Shown: piece by piece, positions 23,757 to 37,041 of the stretch
Position numbering within the stretch: position 1 is the stretch's first letter
Layout of the letters: each line of letters opens with the position of its first letter
DNA from: Octopus sinensis
Taxonomy: Eukaryota
Direction of reading: 5' to 3'
NCBI RefSeq assembly: GCF_006345805.1
Contig: NC_043002.1
Location: forward strand, 6,820,001-6,884,000
Length of the DNA stretch: 64,000 bases
The notes under the pieces: generated by a model
Database searches by the model: none
Told to the model about the DNA's origin: nothing
What the model saw: the letters and a program-made list of their open reading frames with translations, nothing else
Translations under genes and position numbers: made by a program

Positions 23757-24022
23757 TTCTATTGTGTCTGGGGAGAGTCATTTTCTTTTTGTGCCTTATT
23801 ATTTAACACACTCACCGGTAAAATTTCCACTTTTTTTCTTATTTTTATTGTCCTAAAGTTTTCGTTGCGTCTTGCAACCTTTTCAATAGTTTTTGAAAAG
23901 GTTGCAAGACGCAACGAAAATTTTAGGAAAATAAAAATAAGAAAAAAAGTGGAAATTTTACCGGGGAGTGTGTTACATAATAAGGCACAAAAAGAAAATG
24001 ACTCTCCCCAGACACAATAGAA
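23757..24022. repeat. Palindrome, ~130-bp arms, 6-bp spacer
   Basis: Axis 23889.5; a solo arm of the same family lies at ~47980-48108. Confidence 0.95.
23851..23890 (-). ncRNA. Type I hammerhead variant, U3:A8 core
   Basis: cta TTGAAAA g GTTGC aagac GCAAC GAA AA(C/T)T T tag; the mirror at 23893-23928 lacks the 5' strand of stem I; third copy at 48069-48108 (-). Confidence 0.6.
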
Positions 24023-25389
24023 CTTATTAAAGTTCTTATGAAGAAAATACATAACAGAAAACTCAGCAATTGGATTTATGATTTTTAACGTTGTGGGCTA
24101 AGTCTGAAAAGTATTATTCTATTTGAAATCAAATTAATAATATAGTAAAGACTAAGGTCGATTGTATAGTTTTCCTATAACTTCTTTTTCTGCCCTACAT
24201 TTTCTCCTATTTACAACATGTCCCTCTTAAAGTTAAAACATATGTGCAATCATCCATGCAGGAATTAAGAGATATAAATGAACTATTTCTTGAAGAAAAC
24301 CATCCGTAAGAAAATACATACAAAACGTTGAATAAATCTGACGCATTTCAACTTGTTTATGGCACAAGGGTAATTAAGACTTCAATTAATATCTAAACTA
24401 GTCGACATTCCATCGATCCAAACCCAATCCACTCCTTTCAAAGTTATTAACTGTATTAATTAACTATGTGGCAAGTATTTTTTTTCTCCATTGTCTCACT
24501 CGGTATGTGTCCTAAATACCTTTGAAACACTAATAATAATAAAATATTCACTTTTCACCTTTCTAGTGTCACAAAAAGGATTTGTACTTTCTCTGAGAAG
24601 TTGTTTTCATCAAAATCTCCGATGTTTCTTGAGAAATTTATATAACTAAACTTTAAAAAGCACATATTGTCCGCCAAACATGTTTTCTATATTTGAAAAG
24701 ATAAAAAAGGCAACGATTATTACATTGTAAATTCTCTTTTACTGACATATCTTAATGGTTTTTCTCTTCTTTTCCTGCATGTCGTATATGTAGTGTATTC
24801 ATTCAGAAATTCCATGTATCTCCAAACTGGAAGAATACTTTTCCTCACTCTGCTTAGAGCCATATATTTGACGTTGAGCATTCTTTCGAAGATATACTTT
24901 CCTCGACGCGTTCGGTTTGTGAGATGGTGAAAATGCACTTTAAACATTTAAGCATGTTTCAACTCAGAAGCCAGAAACTTGAAAAAATGCTAGAAGGCTT
25001 CCGGTTCAACACTATTGTACTTCTTCCATCTACTGTCCATGTTTAAAACACTTATTTTATTGACGATACCCTGAAGATGCGGCCGAATTTCCGGCTTAGA
25101 TACGAAGAAACAGAAGGTAGCGTACTTTATATATATATATATATATATAAATATGTGTGTGTGTATGTGTATGTATATATATATTCAGAAACATACATAC
25201 ACACATAAATGCACAAACACACACACAAACAAAATATATACACACACACATATATTTATATATATATATATATATATATACATATATAGAAATATATACA
25301 TAAATACATGCATATATATATATATATATAATATATATATATATATATACAAACATACATATATATATATATATATATATGCATAAAAA

Positions 25390-25620
25390 ATAATTGAGAT
25401 TCACTTGAATTAGGTACTTAAGTTGAAGCATCAAGTCGGTCCGGTATTATCCGCACAGCCCGAAGTAAGGTGAATAAAATCACAATAAGCATCAGGATAT
25501 CCAGTAGTGATGTAGTACGACTGTTTCAAGCAGCTCCATTTAATTGAGCAATGCAATCATTACATCAATTTAAATGCATTGCCGTCTTCAGCTGCACAAG
25601 TAAATGAATAAATGGAATTT
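25390..25620 (-). mobile_element. Family K element with long-stem-II hammerhead (25511-25596)
   Basis: TGCAG CTGAAGA ... GAA ACAGTCGT A CTACA; homologous to 44311-44686 and 61120-61197. Confidence 0.7.
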
Positions 25621-26764
25621 TAACAAGTAAGACACATTAACATAATTTTTCTTATATATTTTAACAGAGCAAGAAGATGGAAGAAATTCATGTTGTCGCT
25701 ATTGTAGCAAAGAATAGACTACAACTTCTAAGAATCACATGGAGCATAGTGGAGTCATAGGGTTTTAAGGGATTGTAATTCATTTCTAATTCATTTATCG
25801 CTTTATCAACTACTAAATCTGAGACTAGAAGACTGTGTCTATTTTGAATAAAGGACAAGAGTAAGTAGACAGCTCATAGCTAGGTATGGTCATAAATATA
25901 TATACGTTATAATATACGTATATGTATGTATGTATGTATGTATGTATTTATGTAAGTATATATATATATATATATACATACACACACACACACATATATA
26001 CATACATATATATATATATATATATACATATACATACACATACTACTAATATAGGATAACATTTTTTTTCAGAAAAAATTTCATCAAAAGTGGCACTATA
26101 TTAAAATATCTTTAACGGTTAAAAGTATAAACAACTGATAAACAAGGGCAAAAGAAAAATTATGTCTATGCCAATATGCTGATAACAGACTTTATATCGT
26201 CAATTTCCACATTACAATATGCCTTCACTATAAATACACGTCGTGCTGAAATCGAGGAAAGCTAGCTAACAGAATTTTTTTTTAAAGTTTGTTATTACTA
26301 TATTGAATCAATTTCGGGATTAATCCTATGGATTTTTCCCTCTTCAGTAGAAAATACGCATCTTGACTAGAGCTTCGCATCAATCTAACTCCTGCTAAAC
26401 TCACCAAATATACCTATCATCTATGAAAGTACATCAGCTGAGTACTAGACAATAGTTTAAGCAAGACGACGAAATATTATCTTTCTGGACATGGTGACAA
26501 AAGAGTATATATTATCGTAGATGTCGCTGTGTCTCCTTATAGGAATCTAACAGTTAAAGAAAAAGAGAAAATGGGAACATACTAAGTGCCATCACTAACG
26601 AGAATTACATTACTACAGAAATCAGTTCCATTAGGAACAGCAAGGATTCTCCAAAAAGTCTTTGATGTTTAAGGGAACAAGTTTGTGACCCAATATTCAG
26701 GGTATGAACTCGGAATATAACACTTTTTTCCATATACAATTAAATAACAACAGCATCAACGACA

Positions 26765-26785
26765 AAAACAACAACAACGACGAAG

Positions 26786-26828
<43 letters not shown>

Positions 26829-26839
26829 CGACAATAATG

Positions 26840-26895
<56 letters not shown>
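26765..26895 (+). repeat. (AAC)n(AAT)n microsatellite
   Basis: Direct reading; a second (AAT)n lies at 27411-27482. Confidence 0.97.
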
Positions 26896-26897
<2 letters not shown>

Positions 26898-27410
26898 TCT
26901 TAACTGATTGGAAGTGTTATCATGTACGTTGTTTCGTCTTGGTATAAAAGATGGGCTACAGCAAATATTCTGCTCAATACCACAGATTTGTTTGTCAGTT
27001 GTTTGACCATAACCAGTTGAGCATGTCTCTTAGTGGCTGACGATATGTGCATCTCTGATCATGAGCAGAAGTAGTAGGGGAGCATCATAGCCGTGTGTTG
27101 AAAAAAATTCTTAGAGGTTTGGATAATTCACCTTTGGAAACATGGGTGGTTCGTTCAACATCCTCAAACAACCCTTATTCAGGGACCTTTTGAGCGTGAT
27201 GGGCTACACGACCTGAAGAAAATTCTAACTGGGCCCCACCTACAAGGTCATGCGCTGTTTATCTTGATATGAGATCACCATGTCGCGCACACATGGTTGT
27301 GATGCATGTGCCTGGTGTACCCTTATCAGACGGGCAGTCATGATGGGTATACTGGGCTTCGTATATTTTACCGCAGTTTCACTTTGATGGCATGCACTGC
27401 TCTCTCACTC

Positions 27411-27474
<64 letters not shown>

Positions 27475-27482
27475 GTAATAAT

Positions 27483-27616
27483 GTCCTGGGTATGACATGA
27501 AACTGCATCCAGACAACATCTACACAACATCCCAGGAGAAACATATCTCAGAGAAATCCAAAAGACTGCTGACAAGTACTGCCCACTTCCTTAGAAGAAC
27601 CATATCAATTTAAATG
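27483..27616 (+). pseudogene. R4/Dong-clade LINE ORF C-terminal tip
   Basis: PGETYLREIQKTA / TAHFLRRTISI* resembles the ...EIQKTALLGTAHILRKVL* end of RLE-type LINEs. Confidence 0.6.
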
Positions 27617-27659
27617 CCTGTGTAGCATTATGTGGAGATATTTCACTACTGCACTTGCC

Positions 27660-28880
27660 ACTTCCCGTCCTCAAGCTTTCAGAATTAAAACGAAGTAAAA
27701 AAGCGGAAGCTGCCAAGATCAAGAGATACAAGTACAGAATTGAACAGATTATACAACATAAGCTGTTCGAAAAAGATCAATGTAGATTTTACAAGGAACT
27801 AAATGGTGATGTTACAATGAACATACCGCCTAACAAGGAAAAGACAAAAGAATTCTAGAGAATCATTTGAGGCTACCAAGAGAAAAACAAAGGCGATGCA
27901 GAATGAATTTAAAAAGATATGGGCAGATCACGCAGATTTATCAAAACAGAGGAACATCGAGATCAGAGGAGAGAAGTTGGAAAATGTCTTGAAAGGGATG
28001 TCAAACTGGAAATTTCTTGGACCAGATTTAGTACGGGGAATTGGGCTAAAGCGTTTCACTGGGTTTCATGATGGAATCATTGCACTAAATAATTTCATTG
28101 AGAGAGAAGGAGATATTCCTCAATGAATGACGAAAGGCAAAACGGTTCTAATATTGAAAAATCAAAAGAAAGGAAATGTAGCAAGCAACTACCGCTCAAT
28201 AAGTTGTCATCTACTGATGTGGAAATTGCTAACAGGTGTTACTGCAAAGTATTTTGAATACTTTGCCAAAAGAACAGGAAGGAATGCAGAAAAAGTTCCA
28301 AAGAGACAAGTGACCTATTATATATAGAAATCAGTAAGTCCTCCGAGATGTCACAAGCAGAAAGAAAAACCTAGCATCGGCATGGATCAATTACCAAAAG
28401 GCATATAATAGTGTGCGAAACTCATGGATCCTAGATTGCCTCGAAATATTTGGGATAGTTGAGTATGTTGTCCAGCTTCTATAAAACTATATACATTAGT
28501 ATTAATGGAGAAGTCTAGGCCCGGTGAAGTCAACATAAATAGGGGAATATTCCAAGGTGGTACACGCTCACTACTGCATGACGATAGCATATACCTACCA
28601 CGGAAGAAGGGAAGTAAAGGACTGATATGAACAGAAGACAGTGTCAAAATGGCAATACGAGATATGCAAGAATATGTGAGAGGAAACTTAGAAAGATTGA
28701 TTTCAGCTGCCAAAGGAGCGGAGAAAGAAGCCGCGGAGACAGCAAAGGAGTACACGAAAAGGAGAAAGCAGGAGCGAGAAAGAAACATCTGATGAAAAGA
28801 ACTACACGGTCAGCATCTCAGACATACGCAGGATGTTGTAGATGAGAGGTCTTGGTTATGTCTGATGAACGGCTACCTGA
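27660..28880 (+). pseudogene. R4/Dong-clade LINE RT remnant with internal deletions
   Basis: AAKIKRY...DQCRFYKELNG; MSNWKFLGPD; MTKGKTVLILK..KGNVASNYRSISC.LLMWKLLTG; RGIFQG; YLPRKKG; WL.LMNGYLKQET. Confidence 0.85.
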
Positions 28881-28884
28881 AGCA

Positions 28885-29003
28885 AGAAACAGGATGAAAG
28901 GCAAAGTCGACCTCGGCGGAATTTGAACTCAGAACGAAAAGACAGATGAAATACCATCACGGATTTCGCCCGGCGTGCTGACGTTTCTGCCAGCTCGCCG
29001 CCT
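28885..29003 (-). mobile_element. SINE family B 5' half abutting the R4 remnant
   Basis: ggatgaaaggcaaagtcgacctcggcgg...ctgccagctcgccgcc. Confidence 0.85.
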
Positions 29004-29019
29004 GATAATACTAATAATA

Positions 29020-29042
29020 AGAACGACGATGACGACGACGAC

Positions 29043-29085
<43 letters not shown>

Positions 29086-29088
29086 GTG

Positions 29089-29142
<54 letters not shown>

Positions 29143-29143
29143 A

Positions 29144-29177
<34 letters not shown>

Positions 29178-29730
29178 GTGACCGTTATATCCTTCACACA
29201 TCGTCGTCCTTTTCGTTTTCTTCGTTTCCACCGGCAACAAACTTCTGAACATTATGCACCCCTGCACCAGACATCTTGTTGCAATTGATGTGGTCACGCT
29301 TCAATGCATCAGTGCATAACGGAAGACTTAATCGCCTGTTATATACCTAAAAGTGTGAATTCAGCGTGTGGGTGTCTATATGCGTGTATGTGTGTGTAAT
29401 CGCATGTGTGTGTGTCTTTTCAATTTCTTAAACTCTACGTGTATTTTTTATTTCTTTTTCATCCCTTAAATCCATTCACTTCTTTACCACAATCTCCCTT
29501 TATAATTCCATCTTCCGCCTCATCCTCACTCTCACCAACATCACCGATCAATATCATCATCATTATCATCGTCATCATTATCGTCTTCAGAAGCATTGTC
29601 ATTACCTTCGTCATCATTGTCATCGTCGTCGTCGCCGCCATCATTATCATCATCATCATCATCCTCCTTCTCCTCCTCCTCTCTATCATCATCATCATCA
29701 TCCTCATCATCCTCATCATCATCATCATCT
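29020..29730. repeat. (GAT)n and (ATC)n trinucleotide fields
   Basis: Direct reading; source of the poly-M/H/I/D ORFs. Confidence 0.9.
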
Positions 29731-29734
29731 AAGT

Positions 29735-29910
29735 ACTCATGTACTAGACAAATCGCAGTGACCCTATAGTTTCTAGGCCCTAATATCACCTTCCTTATTA
29801 TATAAACCTTGTTCCACTTAGTAGGTATTTCATTCGCTTTCATGCATTTTGTGAACTTGGCGACCAACAGGCTTCCTTCCTTCTTTGAGGAACTCGACGA
29901 GCCCGTCATC
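29735..29910 (-). pseudogene. Small LINE RT N-terminal fragment
   Basis: KCMKANEIPTKWNKVYIIRK...PRNYR resembles the IP..W..A.I.PI.K...NYRPI RT motif. Confidence 0.5.
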
Positions 29911-30124
29911 TTCCCCTGACACCTTTCTGATTTTCATGCCTTTCAATATATTCTTAATTTAACCATTTAATATGCCTGGTACCTCAGCTTTATCAACTAC
30001 GTTAATTTTGAAGGTTCTAAAGTTATTCTTCCTTGATTTTAAAGGGGTTCTTTTGTTGAGAGTTCCCCTTTTTAGGGGCGAATTTTGGACTTTTTTCCAT
30101 TACAATTATGTTGTGGTTTTTCGC

Positions 30125-31022
30125 TTACGAAATGCGGGCAATGCGGTCGGTGGTAGTTCTACTCTAGCGTTCTATAGAGGGCTAGTGGAGGGAAAGTGCG
30201 ACGACGTTCTCGGAGTAACTCTGGGCGTTGATGAATATCAACTAAACGGTCTGTTTTGGGGGAACTTTCGGGCCTGGGACTATGGATAACTTCCAGAAAT
30301 CCCTTGCCTGGCAGTGCTACCGAGGGGCGCTGCCTGTTCGGGATATACTTTACAGGTAAGGAAGTGCCGTCAGCCGAGCCCGCCCGAGGTGCACCCAGAA
30401 CGATGGAACCGTTCTGCACGCCCTAGTCCAGTGCACGATTATTGCTATCGCCTGTAGGAAGGATCCGGCTATCCATTGTGAAGATTGCCCCGCTGCCCTC
30501 TTTTGGCCGGGTGGGGCAGGCCATTTTTCTTTGTCTAGTGGCTGTAGCGAAAGAGGTAGCATGGTGGACTTATTTGAAAGGGTTCAAATAGCAATAACCA
30601 CGCTTCGGATTTACCTCATTGGCCATGGGACCTTTTTGGCCAAGCCCTCATCAACTTTTTCCAGTTTCACTTGAGAAGGAAGTTGAGGGTGGAGAGGGAG
30701 GTGTTGCCTTGTAGCAAGTTTGTTGAAAGGTGGGTGAATACTGGAAGAATGGCCAGTGTGAAAGGACCTGTTCTGAGCGTGTACCTGTAAAAAAAGAGAA
30801 GGGCTCTTGCCCAGTTGTTCAGGCACCCATGGCTTTTGTGGGGTTTTCCACGAGGACCTTAAAGTGCCTTCCTTATTGGGCGTTTAATTTATTTAATTTT
30901 TAACTGTTACATATATATTGTGTACACGCGAAAACCCATTGTATCGCCCTATTTTTGTCTTTAATGATGTTATATGTATTTTAATGTTATTTTATGTGAG
31001 CCCTTATGGCTAATAAAATAAC
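30125..31022 (+). mobile_element. Tx1/L1-group LINE 3' fragment with decayed CCHC zinc knuckle and 3' UTR
   Basis: WQCYRGALPVRD...RARPRC...TVLHALVQC; FLCLVAVAKEVAWW; ...VLSVYL* (stop 30788-30790); AATAAA at 31012-31017. Confidence 0.8.
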
Positions 31023-31740
31023 AAGTTATTATTATTATTATTATCATCATCATCATCATCATCATCTTTATTATTATTATTATTTGTACCGCTTGTTCAA
31101 TTTCGTTTTATTATTTTTCCTTATTCATCCTTCTTCTAGTTTTACAGGTATCTGTATAATCCTTTTTGTGGGTACTGCTACAGTTTTGATTCCGCACCCG
31201 TTCCCCTCCCGTTTCATAAACTTGAATGCTTTTGAAAACATCACTTATTCTTTAATATTTTTCATTCCTAACCACGACCTTGGGTGTAGTGTCTGTGAGA
31301 AAGGTCAATCATCTCTAATTGAGACAGAATCATTTGTCTCTCAGCATCTCGTCTTCAGTCAACATGATTGTTTTTCCTTAACATCATGTCAATTTCCAAT
31401 AATTCTTGACTCTTACATTATCCAAATTTTTCATTTGGCGTTGCTCCAGGTGACAAGAATCTTTCGCTTACTTTTCTCCTGAACAGATGATAATATATCA
31501 ATCAAGATTTTAACTAGATTTGATATGATCTTATTCTTCTATATTGTATATAATAATGCTGCTTGCCACTTAAAATTACTTCGTTTAGATATATATAGAT
31601 ATATTCATGCACACACGCTATATGTGTGCGGTGTGTGTGTGATATATATAGAAAATCTATGAGCTTTTGATAAAATGAGAAAACCTCCTGTTATCATTGT
31701 CATCATCAACAGTAACAGTAACACCACCACCAGCAGCAGT

Positions 31741-32108
31741 GGAGGTACAATGGCCCAGTGGTTAGGGCAGCGGACTAGCGGTCGGAGGATCGCGGTTCCG
31801 ATTTCCCAGTCCGGGCGTTGTGTGTGTTTATTGAACGAAAACACCTAAAGTTCCACGAGGCTCCGGTAATGGGTGGTGGCGCCCCCTGTTGTACTGTTTC
31901 GCCCCAAATTTCTCTCACTCTTTCTTCCTGTTTCTTGTCCCCGACTTCCTACGCAACCGCTGCGCCTGGATGAGCATTCATCCATCCGTCGATGCTCTCG
32001 GGTATCGGGGGTTGACCTGCTTTCTCTTCTGCGGGTCTTACGAATAGCAAAGGACCACGTTTCGGACTTCTCCCATCTTGCGAGCTCTGGGACGAAGACC
32101 GCTCGCTC
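31741..32108 (+). mobile_element. SINE family D (tRNA-like head, (aac/atc)n tail)
   Basis: tggcccagtggttag A box, ggttccgatttcc B-box-like; second copy at 32964-33329. Confidence 0.85.
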
Positions 32109-32963
32109 AACATCAACATCATCATCAACAGCAGCTATATCGTCATCATCATCTTCATTATTATTAGCTAATATTTTTTTTTTTTTTGTTGGCTTACTTT
32201 ACATTTCAGACAAAATATGAAAATTTCTCTGAAGGCGAGAAAGTGGAAGAGAAAGAATTAAATGGAAATGGAAATCAAAGAGTGACGGTGAGACAGACAA
32301 ATAGAGAAAGGATATTGATCGCCTGGCATATAAGATTGATAGGCACTAAGATTCAGTGAGTGCGCGGTTGTCAGCAGAAGTGGCATCACTCCTCTTTCTA
32401 GCTTATGCCACTTGATCCCCCTCTGGAGATCTTGCTTATGTGTAAAGCCAATCCCAAGGGGAACGTCTGGAATGGAAAATGAAATGTACTAGCAAATATT
32501 AAGATAACGAAACAAATAAATAAAAATACCGCTTCGCACACACACATTAATGTGATAGGTATTACTTACACACAGCATAGCGGACACGCATACACACACA
32601 CGCACACCCACCCACACGCGCGCGCACACTTGTACACATATGTACGTGAGAGGGAGTAGTAGTGTATGTTTATGAGTATGTTTGTGTACGAATACATGAA
32701 TATACAAAACGATATGTACATATATTCATACTTACTTTACACACACACACGCATACATACACACACATACACAAACGTACACACACACGCGCTCACATAC
32801 ACGCACACACTCACACATATATAACTGTGGAAATTGGTAAAATCCGAGTGATCACCTGGTAATCAATAAGTAATTGATCTAATTTCTATCAAAATTATGG
32901 TCTATGATTATTATAACTGTTCAGCCTACAAATAACACAGAAAGACGCAACATAAACAGCAGC

Positions 32964-33329
32964 GGAGATGCAATGGCCCAGTGATTAGGACAGTGGACTC
33001 GCGGTCGGAGGATCGCGGTTTCGAATCCCAGTCCGGGCGTTGTGAGTGTTTATTGAGTGAAAACACCTAAAGCTCCACGAGGCTTATGCAGGAGGTGGTG
33101 GCGACCCCTGTTGTACTCTTTCCATCCAAATTTCTCTCACTCTTTCTTCCTGTTTCTTGTCCCCGACTACCTACGCAACCGCTGAGCCTGGATGCGCATT
33201 CATCCATCCGTCGATTCTCTCGGTGTTGGGGGTTGACCTGCTTTCTCTTCTGCGGGTCTTACGAATAGCAAAAGACCACGTTTCGGACTTCTCCCATCTT
33301 GCGAGCTCTGGGACGAAGACCGTTCGCTC
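32964..33329 (+). mobile_element. SINE family D
   Basis: Homologous to 31741-32108; (aacagc)n tail. Confidence 0.85.
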
Positions 33330-34369
33330 AACAGCAACAGCAGCAACAGCAACATCAACGACACCGCCTGAGACAACGAAAGAACTGACCAACAAGCAAG
33401 TACAACTTTTTAAAACACCATTCCCTCCTTCGCTAGTGCCACCAGGTCCTCTCTTCGAAGAATAAAATTCTCTTCTCTTGGAGCGATAAATAAGATGAGA
33501 GGAATTAAGAATGAAGGGAGAAACACGCCAGTATATGCAAAATAGGGGTAAAAGAATTATGTCTTACAGCAAAGATTTAGTGATTCACTGCAATATAGTC
33601 ACAGAAGTTGAAATGTAAAATAGTACAAGAAAAAGACTGAAATTTCACTTTAAATATAATTAGCAGTCCTGGTATATTTCAAGTGAAAATATTCCTTTCT
33701 AAAGTTTGTGGAAACAGAATATCTAGCTTCGTTATTATATCCGACCTACAAGAGATTTTTAAAATCTCGTATTACTCGCATGTGAATTATGGGGGTTGAA
33801 ATTGTGTTCCATGGGTTGTCTTTTGCCAGGAATCTCTTATTATGGGTGTGCAAGATGTGGTGTCAAGAATTATCTTATAGCCACTGGACGTTGTTAGAGT
33901 GTCCAATTTGATATTCGTTTAATTACTGTCGTTTGTTATTGACTAGTTAGTGTTTTCTTATTATGATGGCGTCTTCAATTTATAATTTTACGACTATTCT
34001 ATATACGGCCTTAATCATCATTTGTCCAGGTGTTCTGTGATCGCTGAGGTGCATGCATTCAAGTATTTATTATTTCAAAGGTGCAAGTGCAGAATCGTGC
34101 AGCCAACATAATATTCTTTGCGTTTGGGTATGTGACTTAATTTGGTATGTGACTTACGCTTGAAAACACATATATATGTAATTGACGAGGAAGTTGGCCT
34201 GTGCATTTAGGCTATGTGCATTGGAGAACTGTTTCTTCTAAAGATATTTTATTAAAAAAATTGCTGAGTGGACTCGCAGTATAAAGACTTCCCAGCACCA
34301 CTACAGCCAGCATTGTGGATAGGAGTGCTTGTTCTCACGCGGGAGTGTGAAAGCTTAAACAAATAATTA

Positions 34370-34777
34370 TTACTCTTTTACACTTTTACTTGTTTCGGTC
34401 ATTTGACTGTGGCCATGCTGGAGCACCGCCTTTAGTCGAGCAAATCGGCCCTAGGACTTATTCTTTGTAAGCCTTGTACTTATTCTATCGGTTACTTTTG
34501 CCGAACCGCTAAGTTACGGGGAGGTAAACACACCAGCATCGGTTGTCAAGTGATGTTGGGGGGACAAACACACACACACAAACACACACACACACACACA
34601 TATATATATACATATACATATATACGACTGGCTTCTTTCAGTTTCCGTCTACCAAATCCACTCACAAGGCTTTGGTCGGCCCGAGGCTATAGTAGAAAAC
34701 ACTTGCCCAAGGTGCCACGCAGTGGGACTGAACCCGGAACCATGTGGTTGGTAAGCAAGCTATTTACTACACAGCCA
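34370..34777 (-). mobile_element. SINE family A
   Basis: Reverse complement of 56-455. Confidence 0.9.
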
Positions 34778-36229
34778 TGAAAGTATATTAAAAAATACTC
34801 TTTCATTTCTTAGGCTTGAGGTCCTGCTGGTGACTTTCAAAGGCCGTATTAAAATATTATTTTTAAAGTTGACAAAGAGCTCAGATAGTGAACACTTCAC
34901 CTGCGGACGAAATTTTGCCAGATTTCACACCTGAAACCTAAGTGGAAAAAATGGTTTAACTCTTAAGGCCAAAACAGTAATTTAATTGAGTTGTATACCC
35001 ATGATTTGTACATAAAGATTCAGTATTTTTCTCAGCACCAACGTCCCACCACAAGTTCCAGTGGTTTTGAAAACGTTCCCAGCTTCTTATATAAAGCCTG
35101 CTCCTTACATATTCGATAAATTACGATTGAAAGACTGAAAGCCTAAGATTTCGAATAGCATCGTAAGAACTTTTTTAATTAAAACAAAACTACTTATATT
35201 TTGATGCTATTCTCCAATTTATCAATGACTTTATGAAGATTTTGTTATTGTTTTGCTTCAGATCAGACCTGATTGAGCACACCTATGAGCAAAGGTAATT
35301 TTCTGAGCACCCCAATGTTATTTATAATCGCACAATGTCTCTAGAACTCCATTAAATTCTGACTTCCCCTTTAAAGATGGTAGGATGTGACATGGAAGAG
35401 TTAAAGGCTATATGTGACCAGTCCGGCGCTTAAGTTTAGAAAGTGATGTTGTTTATAGGTGTTGGCAATGCTCTTCTATTAGCTTCTAGTGCTGAATTCA
35501 AATACTACTTAGTATATAACTTGGAATGAGATGAGTATCGTCAAACTGGCTTGCCCTAGATACACTACGCAGATGAGAAACCTCCTGCGGTGATCCACTG
35601 ATATAACGCGTTAGGAGTCTCAGCAAAATCACTGCTATGAACACTACCACCACCAACAACAACAACAACAAACCCCCTTCACCGCCACCGCCACCTCCAC
35701 CAATAACAGCAACAACAACATCACTCTCACCAACAGCAAATCCAACGGTAACGGCTTCCTCTCTACCTTCTCACACCGTCTCTGACTAACAAATATTGCA
35801 TTAAGAAAACTGAGACCCATTCGGAGCAGTATGAACGAGTGAGTATCTCAGTAACATATTCCCAGATGCGCAAGCGATTAGAAGGCGGGGTTGAAATCCA
35901 ACGACTAAATTTCCATAATTCGAGAACATAATATACATAAAACATATGTGAGATTAGGTTTAATGTATCAAACGTGATTAATTTGAATTACATATCGGTG
36001 GATGATACCAGCTAGTTTGATTGAAACGGGTTTGGGTTGGTAAAAGAGCGTAATGGCAAATACTAGTTTCTTTTATGAGGCAACCAACAAAATTGGTAGT
36101 CGATGTTGTTTATTGTCATTTGAATTATTTTAGTAAATATGGAGCTAACTCCTGTATTTACGATCTTTACAGATTTCTTTGCACTTGCTTCGATAAAACT
36201 TACTAGATTGTAAAGTTGCTTGAAGAATA

Positions 36230-36460
36230 TATTTCTTTACTACCCACAAAGAGCTAAACACAGAGGGGACAAACAAGGACAGACAAACGGATTAAGTCGA
36301 TTACATCGACCCCTGTGCGTAACTGGTACTTAATTTATCGACCCCGAAAGGATGAAAGGCAAAGTCGACCTCGGCGGAATTTGAACTCAGAACGTAACGG
36401 CAGACGAAATACGGTTACGCATTTCGCCCGGCGTGCTAACGTTTCTGCCAGCTCACCGCC
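36230..36460 (-). mobile_element. SINE family B monomer with 16-bp TSD
   Basis: TSD agttgcttgaagaata at 36214-36229 and 36461-36476. Confidence 0.92.
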
Positions 36461-37041
36461 AGTTGCTTGAAGAATAATTAACTCTATGACAGCATCCACA
36501 CACACACACACACACACAAATGATGGCTAAGTTAGTGTTAGCAGAGAACGCTTACAATTCTAACTAGATGTAATTACGAACTGAGAAAATTAATATAAAC
36601 GAATGACAAATATTATTTTGTCTATTGACAATTTCTGAAGTCAACCCTGGACATGTTTCCATATCATCATATTCTTAGCGATGTATAGCACTCACTTTAC
36701 TTGCAAAAGTATTGACTATAGCAGTAGTAGGCTAGTCAAGGAATGGAACAGCTACACGGAGTATTTCTCGAAATTGACGAATGTTCTGCAAAACTACATA
36801 ACTGAGTCTGATTCCATCTGTAACTTAGGAACATGACGAAGAGAGGTGCTTTTGAGTTTTCACCTATATTTCGACAAAATAATGGGTATTGTGTTTTACC
36901 ATGAATAAGAAACGTAACATTTTAGCTGAAAGAGTAAATTAAGCAAAAATCAAATATAAACATATATATTGAATTGGCAGAAAAATTTAAATCATCGATG
37001 TTCTAAGATGAAATCTCACCATGTATATTCATCTGTGTGAA

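Noticed and set aside
25066-25122. tacc CTGAAGA...gaagaaacagaa ggta
   Set aside because: Stem I fits but stems II and III do not; too degenerate to call.
35638-35790. Short ORF MNTTTTNNNNNKPPSPPPPPPP...
   Set aside because: Degenerate trinucleotide repeat with no splice or homology support.
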